Below, piece after piece: positions 32,691 through 42,742 of a DNA stretch of 57,613 nucleotides. A program made the position numbers and the translations under genes. The stretch is from positions 1-57,613 of the forward strand of contig NZ_UQYC01000001.1 in assembly GCF_900545205.1 (NCBI RefSeq). The letters are read 5' to 3'. Position 1 is the stretch's first letter; the number at the start of each line of letters is the position of its first letter. The DNA comes from an uncultured Veillonella sp. (lineage in GTDB: Bacteria > Bacillota > Negativicutes > Veillonellales > Veillonellaceae). The notes under the pieces are model-generated. The model was not told the origin of the DNA. It worked only from the letters and a program-made list of their open reading frames with translations, and made no database searches.

Positions 32691-33596
32691 ATGGCAGATT
32701 CACCTATCGTACATTGGTTCCCTGGACATATGGCGAAAGCCACACGTATGATTACGGAGTATATCAAAAAGGTAGACGTAGTTATCGAGTTACTCGATGC
32801 GCGTATTCCTCGTTCTAGTGCCAATCCTGTAATCACTGAACTGGTTGGTCAGAAACCGCATATCGTATTGTTAAATAAAGTTGATTTAGCAGATCCTAAA
32901 GCCACAAAGGAATGGACTGAATTCTTTACTAAACAAGGTATCACTGTATTGGCTATCGATTCTAAGTCTGGCAAGGGTAATAAGAAATTAATATCTACTG
33001 TAGAACGTTTGAGCAAGCCTATCATTGATCGTTGGGTAGCTAAAGGCATTCGTAGTCGTTCTGTACGTACTATTATTTTAGGTATTCCTAATGTGGGTAA
33101 ATCTACGTTGATTAACTCCTTAGCTGGTTCTGCAGCAACGCGTACAGCTAATAAGGCTGGTCATACCCGTGGTCAACAATGGGTTAAAATCGGTAAAAAT
33201 CTTGAATTGCTTGATACACCAGGTGTATTATGGCCTAAACTAGAAGACCAACGCGCAGCGGCTCGTCTTGCTATGACTGGTGCCGTTTCTGATGATGTGT
33301 ATGATTTAGAGCATGTCATTAAACAATTAATTAATCACTTATTGATGAATACACCAAAGATTTTGGTGGAACGATATAAATTAAAAGAAGAAGAGATGAC
33401 GGATGTAGATACGATTCTTGAAAGTATCGGCCGTCGTCGTGGTTGTCTCGTAAGTGGTGGCATAGTAGATTTTGATAAAGCACGCCGCATCATCTTGCAA
33501 GATTATCGTAATACTAAACTTGGTACAATTACACTCGACAAAGTAGATGAAGAACCATATTATCCTGAAGATGGTGAGGAAACACAAAATGGATAA
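32691..33596 (+). CDS. rbgA: ribosome biogenesis GTPase RbgA/YlqF
   Basis: [42 protein letters not shown]. Confidence 0.96.
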   Translation: MADSPIVHWFPGHMAKATRMITEYIKKVDVVIELLDARIPRSSANPVITELVGQKPHIVLLNKVDLADPKATKEWTEFFTKQGITVLAIDSKSGKGNKKLISTVERLSKPIIDRWVAKGIRSRSVRTIILGIPNVGKSTLINSLAGSAATRTANKAGHTRGQQWVKIGKNLELLDTPGVLWPKLEDQRAAARLAMTGAVSDDVYDLEHVIKQLINHLLMNTPKILVERYKLKEEEMTDVDTILESIGRRRGCLVSGGIVDFDKARRIILQDYRNTKLGTITLDKVDEEPYYPEDGEETQNG

Positions 33597-34386
33597 GGAT
33601 GTTTTTTCTAAATTAAAGGTTGCAGAAATAAAGGCTCTCTTTGAAACTGAACAAGCCTTAGAAATTTTGCCATTGGCTCAAGAGGACGATCGTAGCTCTG
33701 TACAAAAATTGGCCGCTTCTTATATTAAACGTCAAGAAAAAGAGTTAAAAGAACAGCAACGTCTCATGGGTATGTATGACTATGAAGGCATGTTCTATGA
33801 TCAAGGGATATATCATGTGGCTGGTGTTGATGAGGTAGGCCGTGGTCCTATTGCAGGGCCTGTGACGGTAGCTGCCGTTATTTTGCCGCCTATGACATTA
33901 ATTCCAGGCCTTAATGACTCTAAAAAGCTAACAGAAGAAAAGCGTGAGGCCCTCTATAATATCATTATGGACGAAGCTGTAGCCGTAAGCTGCATTTCCT
34001 ACGGCCCAGAAAAGATTGATGAGCTAAATATCTATGAAGCAACGCGACAAGCGATGTATGAGGCGATTCGTACGCTCAGCGTTCCAGCAGAAGCAGTAGT
34101 GGCTGATGCTATGAAATTGCCTGATTTGACGATTCCCGTTGAATCTATTATTAAGGGCGATAGTAAAAGCGCCAATATTGCTGCCGCATCAATCATTGCA
34201 AAGGTTACGCGAGATCGATATATGAAGAGCCTCGATGAAGAATACCCTGGTTATGGATTCGGCATTCATAAAGGCTATTATACGGAGTTACACAAAGAAG
34301 CTGTTGAACAACAAGGTGTAACACCACTTCATCGTAAGAGCTTTGAACCCATTAAATCTATCGTACGTTGGGTTAAACCTGAGTAA
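33589..34386 (+). CDS. rnhB: ribonuclease HII
   Basis: AGVDEVGRGPIAGPV, LNDSKKL, IKGD..IAAASIIAKVTRD, HKGY, HRKSF. Confidence 0.96.
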   Translation: MDKDVFSKLKVAEIKALFETEQALEILPLAQEDDRSSVQKLAASYIKRQEKELKEQQRLMGMYDYEGMFYDQGIYHVAGVDEVGRGPIAGPVTVAAVILPPMTLIPGLNDSKKLTEEKREALYNIIMDEAVAVSCISYGPEKIDELNIYEATRQAMYEAIRTLSVPAEAVVADAMKLPDLTIPVESIIKGDSKSANIAAASIIAKVTRDRYMKSLDEEYPGYGFGIHKGYYTELHKEAVEQQGVTPLHRKSFEPIKSIVRWVKPE

Positions 34387-34435
34387 TTATATTAACGTAA
34401 ATTTATCATACAAATTGTATATAGTTTATAACCGT

Positions 34436-34482
34436 AAAGAGGTTCCTATTGGTCACCGATGTGACTATTAGGAACCTCTTTT
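34436..34482 (+). terminator. intrinsic terminator after rnhB
   Basis: AAAGAGGTTCCTA..GGTCAC/GTGACT..TAGGAACCTCTTTT. Confidence 0.85.
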
Positions 34483-34610
34483 GTATTTACTTTTATAGTC
34501 TCCATATTCTACGCTACAAGTAAGTGTTACCTGTTGAAAGTTTAGATGTAGATTGAGTAATAAATATTCTATAAGTTATTGTGGTTACTACACTTAAATA
34601 GGAGGTATAT

Positions 34611-35009
34611 ATGAAAACGATTAGTACAGGTAAAGCATTTAATGAACTAGATTCAAAGGAGCTTGGAAAATGGGGCGAACGGGTGGCCATTAAATATATT
34701 GAAAAAATAGGCCTTACAGTTGTAGATACGAATTATAGAACCCGGTTAGGAGAAATTGATATCATTGCCAAACGCGATTTAATCTATCATTTTATTGAGA
34801 TTAAAGCCCGCCGTGGTATGCAGCATGGATTAGCTCGAGAGGCGGTGACAAAGAAGAAACAAAAGCATATAAAACGAGCTGCTATGTTGTTTCTATATGA
34901 TCTTCATCAGAAAAGACGGCGCTGGAAAGAGTTATCCTTTGATGTAATTGAAGTGTACTTACATGAAGACTTTCAAAGTTCTATTCATTATTTGCCGCAG
35001 TGCTTTTAG
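34611..35009 (+). CDS. yraN: YraN family PD-(D/E)xK nuclease
   Basis: GKWGERVA, NYRTRLGEIDII, FIEIKAR, EAVT.KKQ, FDVI. Confidence 0.93.
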   Translation: MKTISTGKAFNELDSKELGKWGERVAIKYIEKIGLTVVDTNYRTRLGEIDIIAKRDLIYHFIEIKARRGMQHGLAREAVTKKKQKHIKRAAMLFLYDLHQKRRRWKELSFDVIEVYLHEDFQSSIHYLPQCF

Positions 35010-35020
35010 AGAGGTTGCCT

Positions 35021-36658
35021 ATGTATGCAAAACTATATGGAGCCACTTTACATGGCATAGATGGATGCATTATTACAGTTGAAGTTGATATATCTCAAGG
35101 CTTGCCGGTCTTTGACATTGTAGGTTTACCTAATCAATCGGTTAAGGAAGCTCGCGAACGCGTGAGGGCCGCCATCAAAAATAGTGGCTATGAATTCCCT
35201 ATGAGACGTATTGTAGTGAATCTAGCACCTGCTACGATTCGTAAAAGTAGTGCAGGACTCGATTTAGCTATTGCATTGGGTGTTCTCATTGCATCGGGAC
35301 AGATAAAGGGGCGCAAAGCTAGTATTTCAGCTTTATTAAAAAACAGTTTATTTATGGGGGAGCTAGCTTTAGATGGATCACTATTACCAACCTTTGGAAC
35401 CTTGGCTATGTCCCTTGCAGGCTTGGTTTCTAATTATTCAACTATATTTACAAGTGTTGAAAATGGTCATAATTTAAAAGCCATACCAAAGCTTTCCATT
35501 TATGGGGAATCTTCATTACTACATATTATTTCTATTTTAGAGAAACTAGTTAAATCAAAGACCGTTAAAGGAAATAAAGGGACTATCAACAAATCTACAA
35601 GTTCGGCAAATCAAATCCATAATCAATCAACGGAATTGTTAGAGTCATATGATCCTGTAGATTATATTGATAAAAATAATTGTGCAGATACAGAATCTAA
35701 TCAAACATATACAGTTGATTTTAGTGATGTACAGGGGCAAGAGCTTGGTAAAAGGGCTATGCTCATCAGTGCTGCAGGTCATCATCATTGTATTATGATA
35801 GGTCCACCAGGTGGTGGTAAAACGATGATGGCTGAGAGATTGCCGACCATATTACCACCTATGACATGGAATGAAATCATTGAAGTGAGTCGTATACAAG
35901 ATGTAATAGGATTATTAGGAGATACAGGATTGGTTACAACTCGTCCTTTTAGATATCCTCATCATACTGCAACTTTAGCGAGTATGGTAGGCGGCGGTAT
36001 TCAAGGTCGACCTGGTGAGGTAACCCTTGCTCACGGAGGTGTGCTGTTTATGGATGAGGCACCTGAATTTCAACGTCAAGTTATCGATGCGCTTAGGCAA
36101 CCTTTAGAATCACGTACAATTACCATCAATCGCTCTCAAGGTAATTACATATATCCTGCCGATTTTATTTGTATCTTAGCGGCTAATCCATGTCCTTGTG
36201 GCTATTATCATGATCCGTATAAAGAGTGCGTATGTACGGAAACAATGGTTAAAAATTATCAGCAACGATTATCTGGGCCTATTATGGATCGCATCGATTT
36301 GCACATACCTGTTGAAAGGCCCACATTAGAGCAATTATTAGATACTTCGTCGTCAACGATGACTAGTGAAAGTATGAGAGAACAAGTTGTTATGGCGACC
36401 TCGATGCAACAGAAACGGTATGAAGGCCTAGATTTTAGCTCTAATGGTGCCGTACCGCATAAGGCCATAAGTGAGCTTTGCCATATTACCGATAAGGCTT
36501 GGAGTGTACTCGGTAATATATTTGACCATTTCCATTTAAGTGGACGTGCTTTTGATCGCATAGTAAAGGTCAGTCGTACCATAGCAGACCTTGAGGGAAA
36601 CCCAAAAGTGGAACCACATCATATTTCCGAAGCAATGTTATTTAGAACTGGTAAATAG
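35021..36658 (+). CDS. comM: YifB/ComM family Mg-chelatase-like AAA+ ATPase
   Basis: IVGLP..VKEARERVRAA, VNLAPA, GPPGGGKT, PHHTA, LFMDE, ANPCPCGY, LSGPIMDRID, SRTIADL. Confidence 0.93.
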   Translation: MYAKLYGATLHGIDGCIITVEVDISQGLPVFDIVGLPNQSVKEARERVRAAIKNSGYEFPMRRIVVNLAPATIRKSSAGLDLAIALGVLIASGQIKGRKASISALLKNSLFMGELALDGSLLPTFGTLAMSLAGLVSNYSTIFTSVENGHNLKAIPKLSIYGESSLLHIISILEKLVKSKTVKGNKGTINKSTSSANQIHNQSTELLESYDPVDYIDKNNCADTESNQTYTVDFSDVQGQELGKRAMLISAAGHHHCIMIGPPGGGKTMMAERLPTILPPMTWNEIIEVSRIQDVIGLLGDTGLVTTRPFRYPHHTATLASMVGGGIQGRPGEVTLAHGGVLFMDEAPEFQRQVIDALRQPLESRTITINRSQGNYIYPADFICILAANPCPCGYYHDPYKECVCTETMVKNYQQRLSGPIMDRIDLHIPVERPTLEQLLDTSSSTMTSESMREQVVMATSMQQKRYEGLDFSSNGAVPHKAISELCHITDKAWSVLGNIFDHFHLSGRAFDRIVKVSRTIADLEGNPKVEPHHISEAMLFRTGK

Positions 36659-36666
36659 GTAATGAT

Positions 36667-37914
36667 ATGACAAGATATGACGACAATATTTATATTGCAG
36701 GCCTACAGAGTCTATATAATGTAGGAGCTACGTATGTAAGACGATTTATAGAAGACTTTGGTTCTCCTTACGAAGCGTGGAAAGCTGTTAAAAATGTAGA
36801 GAATTTAAAAGGGTATACATATATTTCTGTAGCTGATAAACGCGCTATTGCAGCATCGGCTAAGGATGAAAAACTAGATTATATAATTCAAAAATTAGAT
36901 GAATATCAGATGGATGTTACTACCTTTCTAGATAAAGATTTTCCATCTATGTTAAACCAAATCTATAATCCACCAGCCATATTATTTATGCGAGGCAACC
37001 GAGCTTTATTAGATAAAAGATTGAACCGTATTGCTATTGTAGGGGCTCGACGATGTTCCTTATATGGGCGGAATGTGGCGAGAGTGTTAGGGAAAGAATT
37101 GGGTAAATACAGTACTATAATTGTGAGTGGCGGAGCTCGCGGTATCGATTCACATGGTCATGAAGGACTACTAGCAAGTCAGGGGTACGGCATTGTTGTT
37201 ATGGGATGTGGTTTAGACATTGTATATCCTAGAGAAAATTCAAAATTATTTGACCGGATACTGGCAAGTAATGGCTTACTCCTATCCGAATATCCTCCAG
37301 GCACACCGCCATCAGCTAAACATTTTCCTGCGCGAAATCGTATTATTAGTGGACTTAGTCGAGGTGTAATCGTAGTGGAGGCTAAGGCTAGTAGTGGTTC
37401 TTTAATTACTGCAGATATGGCGGTCAGTGAAGGGCGCGATGTATTTGTAGTACCATGTAACCTATTAGACCATATAGCGGATGGTAATAAGTTTCTTATG
37501 CGCAATGGGGCTTATGTACTGACTGGATATAAGGATATAGTGGAACAATATCATTTAACTTTACGAGATTTTTTTGCTACAGAAGAGAAACTTTCACCGG
37601 CAAAAAAGAAACTTTCAACGTCAAAGAAAGAGGAACATAGTCATGTAAATGAGGGGGATTTATGGAGTAATACATGTAAGGGTGTTGATAGTCATGGGCC
37701 GTCTATGTTAAGCTTTAGTTTGGATAAGAGTTTAATCTTGAGTGAAATACCTCATGATCGATGTATTACTGTTAGTGATATTTTGAAAGTAACTCACATT
37801 CCATTGCAACAATTGCAGCCCTTATTACTAGAGTTAGAGCTAGAAGGGGCTATAGAGCATCAACCGCCGAGAGGCTATATTAATATGACTAGGAGTGATA
37901 TACTTGTCCATTAA
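36667..37914 (+). CDS. dprA: DNA-processing protein DprA
   Basis: IAIVGAR, IVSGGARGID, LSEYPPG, FPARNRIISGL, SGSLITA; C-terminal LLELELEG wHTH. Confidence 0.95.
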   Translation: MTRYDDNIYIAGLQSLYNVGATYVRRFIEDFGSPYEAWKAVKNVENLKGYTYISVADKRAIAASAKDEKLDYIIQKLDEYQMDVTTFLDKDFPSMLNQIYNPPAILFMRGNRALLDKRLNRIAIVGARRCSLYGRNVARVLGKELGKYSTIIVSGGARGIDSHGHEGLLASQGYGIVVMGCGLDIVYPRENSKLFDRILASNGLLLSEYPPGTPPSAKHFPARNRIISGLSRGVIVVEAKASSGSLITADMAVSEGRDVFVVPCNLLDHIADGNKFLMRNGAYVLTGYKDIVEQYHLTLRDFFATEEKLSPAKKKLSTSKKEEHSHVNEGDLWSNTCKGVDSHGPSMLSFSLDKSLILSEIPHDRCITVSDILKVTHIPLQQLQPLLLELELEGAIEHQPPRGYINMTRSDILVH

Positions 37915-40321
37915 ACGATCTATCGTTATTGGCGAGCCAAAAGCAGCTAGTACTAGTAAAGAAACAAAAAAGAAAAGTACTACAAAAGAGAGTACTACGA
38001 TAAAACGTAAGGTTGCCAAAGAGGCTCTTACTCCTATGGGGATTGTACGGGACAAGTCTGTATTACAAACCTCTGTGCCACCTGAACAACGTGAACCTCG
38101 CGTATATAATCCAGATGGCAAAGTATTGGTTATCGTAGAATCTCCTGCTAAATCTAAAACAATTGAAAAATTCTTAGGTCCAAACTATGTGGTAAAAGCA
38201 AGTATGGGCCATTTACGAGATTTGCCTAAATCTCAAATGGGTATCGATATTGAGCATGGCTTTACACCGCGCTATAGCAATCTAGTAACTCGTAAAAAGG
38301 TTATTGATGAACTCGTTTCCTATGCCGATGAAAGTAGTGCCGTATTGCTCGCAACTGACCCTGACCGCGAAGGGGAAGCTATTTCATGGCATTTGGCGTA
38401 CATTCTTAATGTAGATCCTACGTCTACATGCCGTATTACCTTTAACGAGATTACTAAAAATGCCGTTGCAGAGGCCTTAGAATCTCCACGGACTATCGAT
38501 ATGAACATGGTAGATGCTCAACAAGCACGCCGTGTGTTAGACCGTATCGTAGGTTATAAATTGAGTCCACTATTATGGAAAAAGGTTTGTAAGGGCCTTA
38601 GTGCAGGTCGTGTACAGTCCGTTGCTGTTCGTCTCATCTGTGAACGCGAACGAGAAATACAAGCCTTTGTGCCACAAGAGTTCTGGACTATTGAAGGTAA
38701 TTTTGAAACGCCTAAAAAAGAGGCTTTCACAGCAGAATTAACTCATATTAAAGGCGAGAAAATCGATATTACTACTGAAAAAGATGCACAAGCCGTTGTC
38801 GATGCCATAGGCGGTGCCGATGCAGTAGTAACGAATGTAGAAAAACGTAAGCGCTCTCGTAAAGCGGCACCACCATTTACAACCTCTACGTTGCAACAGG
38901 ATGGTGTTCGTAAGTTGAACTTTGGTGCAAAGCGTACCATGATGATTGCTCAACATTTGTATGAAGGTTTAGAAATCGGTTCCTATGGTCATGTAGGTTT
39001 GATTACTTATATGCGTACAGACTCTACGCGTATTTCTAAAGAAATGCAAGCTATGGCTAAGGACTATATTATTCGTAACTATGGTGAAGATTATTATCCA
39101 TCTAAACCTAACATGTATGGTGCAAAAGGTTCCGCTCAAGACGCCCATGAAGCGATTCGTCCTACATCATTAGAGTTAACACCAAAAATGGTAGAACCAT
39201 TCTTGAGTCGTGATGAGCTAAAATTATATACGTTGATTTGGAATCGTTTTATGGCGAGCCAAATGGCACCACAACAAAATGAATCCACTACCATTGAATT
39301 GACTGTTCATGACGACTACACATTTAAAGCGACAGGTTCTCGTGTAATCTTCCCAGGTTTTAGTGCTGTTTATGAAGATGCTAAAAAAGAGGATGTTCCT
39401 CAATTGCCAGCGCTTAAAAAGAATGATGCTGCTCATACGGTAGAGGTATTGCCTGAACAACATTTCACGCAACCACCTCCACGTTATTCTGAGGCGAGCC
39501 TCATCAAAACATTGGAAGAGCTCGGTATTGGTCGTCCAAGTACATATGCTCCAATTCTTGATACAATCGTAAGCCGTAACTATGTAGAAAATACGAATAA
39601 ACAATTCGTTCCTACAGAGTTAGGCTTTGTAGTGGTAGATTTCTTGATTGCGTACTTTGAAAAAGTCATCAATACAGGTTTTACTCGTGATCTAGAAGAA
39701 GAACTCGATGCTATTGCATCTGGTAAGGATACATATCTAAAGGTATTGTCTGATTTCTATGAAGTATTCGCTAAAGAGCTAGAAGATGCGAGCGATGTAG
39801 ATCGTATTGAAATTGTATCTATGGAAAGTGATGAAACGTGCGAACTCTGTCATAGTCCAATGGTATATAAATTTGGTCGCTATGGTAAGTTCCTTGCATG
39901 TTCTAACTTCCCAGAATGTAAAAATACAAAACCTATTACGGTAGGGACAGGTGTAACTTGCCCTAAATGTAAAGAAGGAGAAATCGTAGAACGAAAGTCT
40001 CGTCGAGGACGTTTGTTCTATGGTTGTAACCGTTATCCACAATGTGATTTCACATTATGGGATAAACCAACCCATGAATTCTGTGATACATGTGGTTCTA
40101 TTATGGTTGAAAAGACATATAAAAATGGAACGACTAAGAAATTCTGTTCCAATGAAGCATGTCCAACTCGACCTCCAAAGAAAACTAGAAAGAAAAAGAG
40201 CGAAGCTAGTGAAGAAACTGTAAAGGATTCTAAAGAGTCTAAAGAGTCTAAAAAATCTAAAGCATCTAAAGGGTCTAAAAAGTCTAGCAAAGCTAAAAAA
40301 GAGGAAACAACAGTTGAATAA
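37904..40321 (+). CDS. topA: DNA topoisomerase I with N-terminal extension
   Basis: [43 protein letters not shown], three C4 zinc ribbons; TTG start after AGGAG. Confidence 0.96.
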   Translation: MSIKRSIVIGEPKAASTSKETKKKSTTKESTTIKRKVAKEALTPMGIVRDKSVLQTSVPPEQREPRVYNPDGKVLVIVESPAKSKTIEKFLGPNYVVKASMGHLRDLPKSQMGIDIEHGFTPRYSNLVTRKKVIDELVSYADESSAVLLATDPDREGEAISWHLAYILNVDPTSTCRITFNEITKNAVAEALESPRTIDMNMVDAQQARRVLDRIVGYKLSPLLWKKVCKGLSAGRVQSVAVRLICEREREIQAFVPQEFWTIEGNFETPKKEAFTAELTHIKGEKIDITTEKDAQAVVDAIGGADAVVTNVEKRKRSRKAAPPFTTSTLQQDGVRKLNFGAKRTMMIAQHLYEGLEIGSYGHVGLITYMRTDSTRISKEMQAMAKDYIIRNYGEDYYPSKPNMYGAKGSAQDAHEAIRPTSLELTPKMVEPFLSRDELKLYTLIWNRFMASQMAPQQNESTTIELTVHDDYTFKATGSRVIFPGFSAVYEDAKKEDVPQLPALKKNDAAHTVEVLPEQHFTQPPPRYSEASLIKTLEELGIGRPSTYAPILDTIVSRNYVENTNKQFVPTELGFVVVDFLIAYFEKVINTGFTRDLEEELDAIASGKDTYLKVLSDFYEVFAKELEDASDVDRIEIVSMESDETCELCHSPMVYKFGRYGKFLACSNFPECKNTKPITVGTGVTCPKCKEGEIVERKSRRGRLFYGCNRYPQCDFTLWDKPTHEFCDTCGSIMVEKTYKNGTTKKFCSNEACPTRPPKKTRKKKSEASEETVKDSKESKESKKSKASKGSKKSSKAKKEETTVE
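40229..40296 (+). repeat. degenerate 9-bp tandem repeat encoding (S-K-x)n tail of TopA
   Basis: TCTAAAGAG TCTAAAGAG TCTAAAAAA TCTAAAGCA TCTAAAGGG TCTAAAAAG. Confidence 0.8.
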
Positions 40322-41630
40322 TAAAAATGTTATTGTTATTGGCGCAGGTCTAGCTGGCTCTGAGGCGGCTTGGCAACTCGCTAACCGTGGCATTCATGTT
40401 GACTTATATGAAATGCGCCCTGTTAAGAGTTCCCCTGCACATCAAACAGATCAATTTGCAGAACTCGTATGTAGTAACTCTTTACGAGCTGGCAATATTG
40501 AAAATGCAGTAGGTCTTTTAAAAGAAGAGATGCGTCGTTTAGGCTCTATTATTATGGAATGTGCTGATGCGACTGCTGTACCTGCTGGAGGTGCATTAGC
40601 TGTTGATCGTCATCTATTTAGTGAAATGGTGACTGAAAAGGTAAAAGGCCATCCTAATATTACAGTTCATCACGAAGAGGTAACCGAGATTCCTGCTGAA
40701 GGTACTGTTATTTTTGCTTCTGGTCCCCTTACATCTGAAGCATTAGGGGATAAGATTAAAGAATTAACTGGTGAAACAGGCTTTTACTTCTACGATGCAG
40801 CAGCACCTATTGTGACAGCAGAATCTTTGAATTACGATAAAGTATTTGCCGCTTCCCGTTACGATAAGGGCGACGCAGATTATCTTAACTGTCCTATGAC
40901 AGAGGAAGAGTACAAAGCATTTTGGCATGAGCTTACAACGGCTGAAGCAGTACAACCAAAGGATTTTGAAAAAGAAATCTATTTCGAAGGTTGTATGCCT
41001 GTAGAAATTATGGCTAGCCGTGGTGAAGATACATTGCGCTATGGACCATTAAAACCTGTAGGTTTGGTGGATAAGCGTACCAATGAGGAGTCTTATGCAG
41101 TTGTTCAATTGCGTAAGGAAAATAAAGAAGGCACTATGTTTAATTTGGTAGGCTTCCAAACTCACTTAAAGTGGGGCGAACAAAAACGTGTATTTGGTAT
41201 GATCCCAGGCCTTGAAAACGCAGAATTCGTTCGTTATGGCGTTATGCATCGTAATACGTATATCAATTCCCCTGAGTTGTTGAACCATGCATTCCAACTA
41301 AAAAAAGAACCGCGTTTATTCTTTGCGGGCCAAATGACCGGCGTAGAAGGGTATTTAGAATCTGCTGCTAGTGGTCTTATGGTTGGTTTACAAGTGGACC
41401 GTTATTTAGGAGAACGTTCATTTATAGACTTCCCTAAAACTACAGCTATTGGATCCCTTAGTCACTATATTTCTAACTATGAAGGGTCTAACTTCCAACC
41501 TATGAATGTCAACTTTGGTATCATGGATCCATGGCCGCAAAAAATCCGTAAGAAAAAAGAGAAAAATGCACTCATTGCTAATCGTGCATTAGAAGAGCTA
41601 GATGCTTTAAAGGCTAAAGAAAAACTATAA
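40314..41630 (+). CDS. trmFO: folate/FAD-dependent tRNA U54 methyltransferase
   Basis: [65 protein letters not shown]. Confidence 0.97.
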   Translation: MNNKNVIVIGAGLAGSEAAWQLANRGIHVDLYEMRPVKSSPAHQTDQFAELVCSNSLRAGNIENAVGLLKEEMRRLGSIIMECADATAVPAGGALAVDRHLFSEMVTEKVKGHPNITVHHEEVTEIPAEGTVIFASGPLTSEALGDKIKELTGETGFYFYDAAAPIVTAESLNYDKVFAASRYDKGDADYLNCPMTEEEYKAFWHELTTAEAVQPKDFEKEIYFEGCMPVEIMASRGEDTLRYGPLKPVGLVDKRTNEESYAVVQLRKENKEGTMFNLVGFQTHLKWGEQKRVFGMIPGLENAEFVRYGVMHRNTYINSPELLNHAFQLKKEPRLFFAGQMTGVEGYLESAASGLMVGLQVDRYLGERSFIDFPKTTAIGSLSHYISNYEGSNFQPMNVNFGIMDPWPQKIRKKKEKNALIANRALEELDALKAKEKL

Positions 41631-41688
41631 ATTTTGGACATATAAAATAAATTGCTCCATACTATATGAGTTTTTAAGACTTATAAAG

Positions 41689-41732
41689 AAAAATCCTTCA
41701 TTCAATGGGACACCCATGAATGAAGGATTTTT
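41689..41732. terminator. bidirectional terminator between convergent trmFO and lgt
   Basis: AAAAATCCTTCATTCA..TGGG/CCCA..TGAATGAAGGATTTTTT. Confidence 0.85.
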
Positions 41733-41764
41733 TATTCTCAATATATGTTGCTTATTATATGAAG

Positions 41765-42589
41765 TTATTTACGTTTTTTTGTTTTAGGCGCTGTTTCTGT
41801 AGTTTCAAGTACAGGTTGGTTTTTCTTTTCTAAGTAGCCTAAATAAATGAATAAGCAAATACCTACAATGATGACAATAAGACTAGTCATTTGAGCAGAT
41901 TTTAAGCCTAGTGTTAAGTCTACATAGTCGCCGCGCAAGAATTCAAGGAAGAATCTAGCTGTAGAGTAGAGAATAGCATATAGTACGAATACTTGACCTT
42001 TAGCATGTTTAAAGGAGCTAAACAATAGAAGGGCCACAAAAATAAGAATGTCGATTTGACCTTCCCAGATTTCGGCAGGCCATAATGGTTGATTGCCGTA
42101 AGTGCGATGTGCTAACGTGCTTTCAGGATAGAGAATACCAAAGTTACCACCCGTAGGATGACCAAAGGCATCGCCATTTAAGAGGTTTGCCATACGCCCT
42201 ACAGATTGAGCCAAAATTAAGGCAGGGGCAAATAAATCAGCAAAGGCCCAGAAATCGATATTGTTTTTACGTAAGTACCAGTAGCCTGCAATGGTGCCTA
42301 ATACAACGCCACCTTGAATGGCCATACCACCTTGCCATACAAAGGGAATTTCTAATAAATGATTGCCATAATAGTGCCAATCAAAGAAGAATACATCCCA
42401 TAGTCGGGCCCCGATGAGACCAGCTACGGCAACCGTAATGGAAAAGTCGATAATATGTTCATGCCATCCTCGACCATCTTTTTTTAATAAAACATAGGCA
42501 ACAGAGGCACCACAGATGATAGCTAAAGCTAACATGGCACCATAGGCCCTGATAGGGAAGTCACCTATAAAAAATAGATATTGATGCAT
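41765..42589 (-). CDS. lgt: prolipoprotein diacylglyceryl transferase
   Basis: IRAYG, GLIGARL, WQGGMAIQGG, GRMANLLNGDAFG, PAEIWE, RFFLEFLR. Confidence 0.94.
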   Translation of the reverse strand: MHQYLFFIGDFPIRAYGAMLALAIICGASVAYVLLKKDGRGWHEHIIDFSITVAVAGLIGARLWDVFFFDWHYYGNHLLEIPFVWQGGMAIQGGVVLGTIAGYWYLRKNNIDFWAFADLFAPALILAQSVGRMANLLNGDAFGHPTGGNFGILYPESTLAHRTYGNQPLWPAEIWEGQIDILIFVALLLFSSFKHAKGQVFVLYAILYSTARFFLEFLRGDYVDLTLGLKSAQMTSLIVIIVGICLFIYLGYLEKKNQPVLETTETAPKTKKRK

Positions 42590-42742
42590 ATAAAACTCCT
42601 TATGTAATAACTTGTATTGTATAAGGTAAATTATAAATTACATGTACTCTTCATGCAACAACTGAGAGGAATTCTATATAATATGGTATAATATAGAGAT
42701 TGAAATTATATCCCCTTTAGGGGACTAGAGTTAGGAGAGTTC

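Noticed and set aside
40229..40296. CRISPR-like or phase-variable repeat
   Set aside because: In-frame degenerate 9-bp coding repeat with no spacers; unit changes would not shift the frame.
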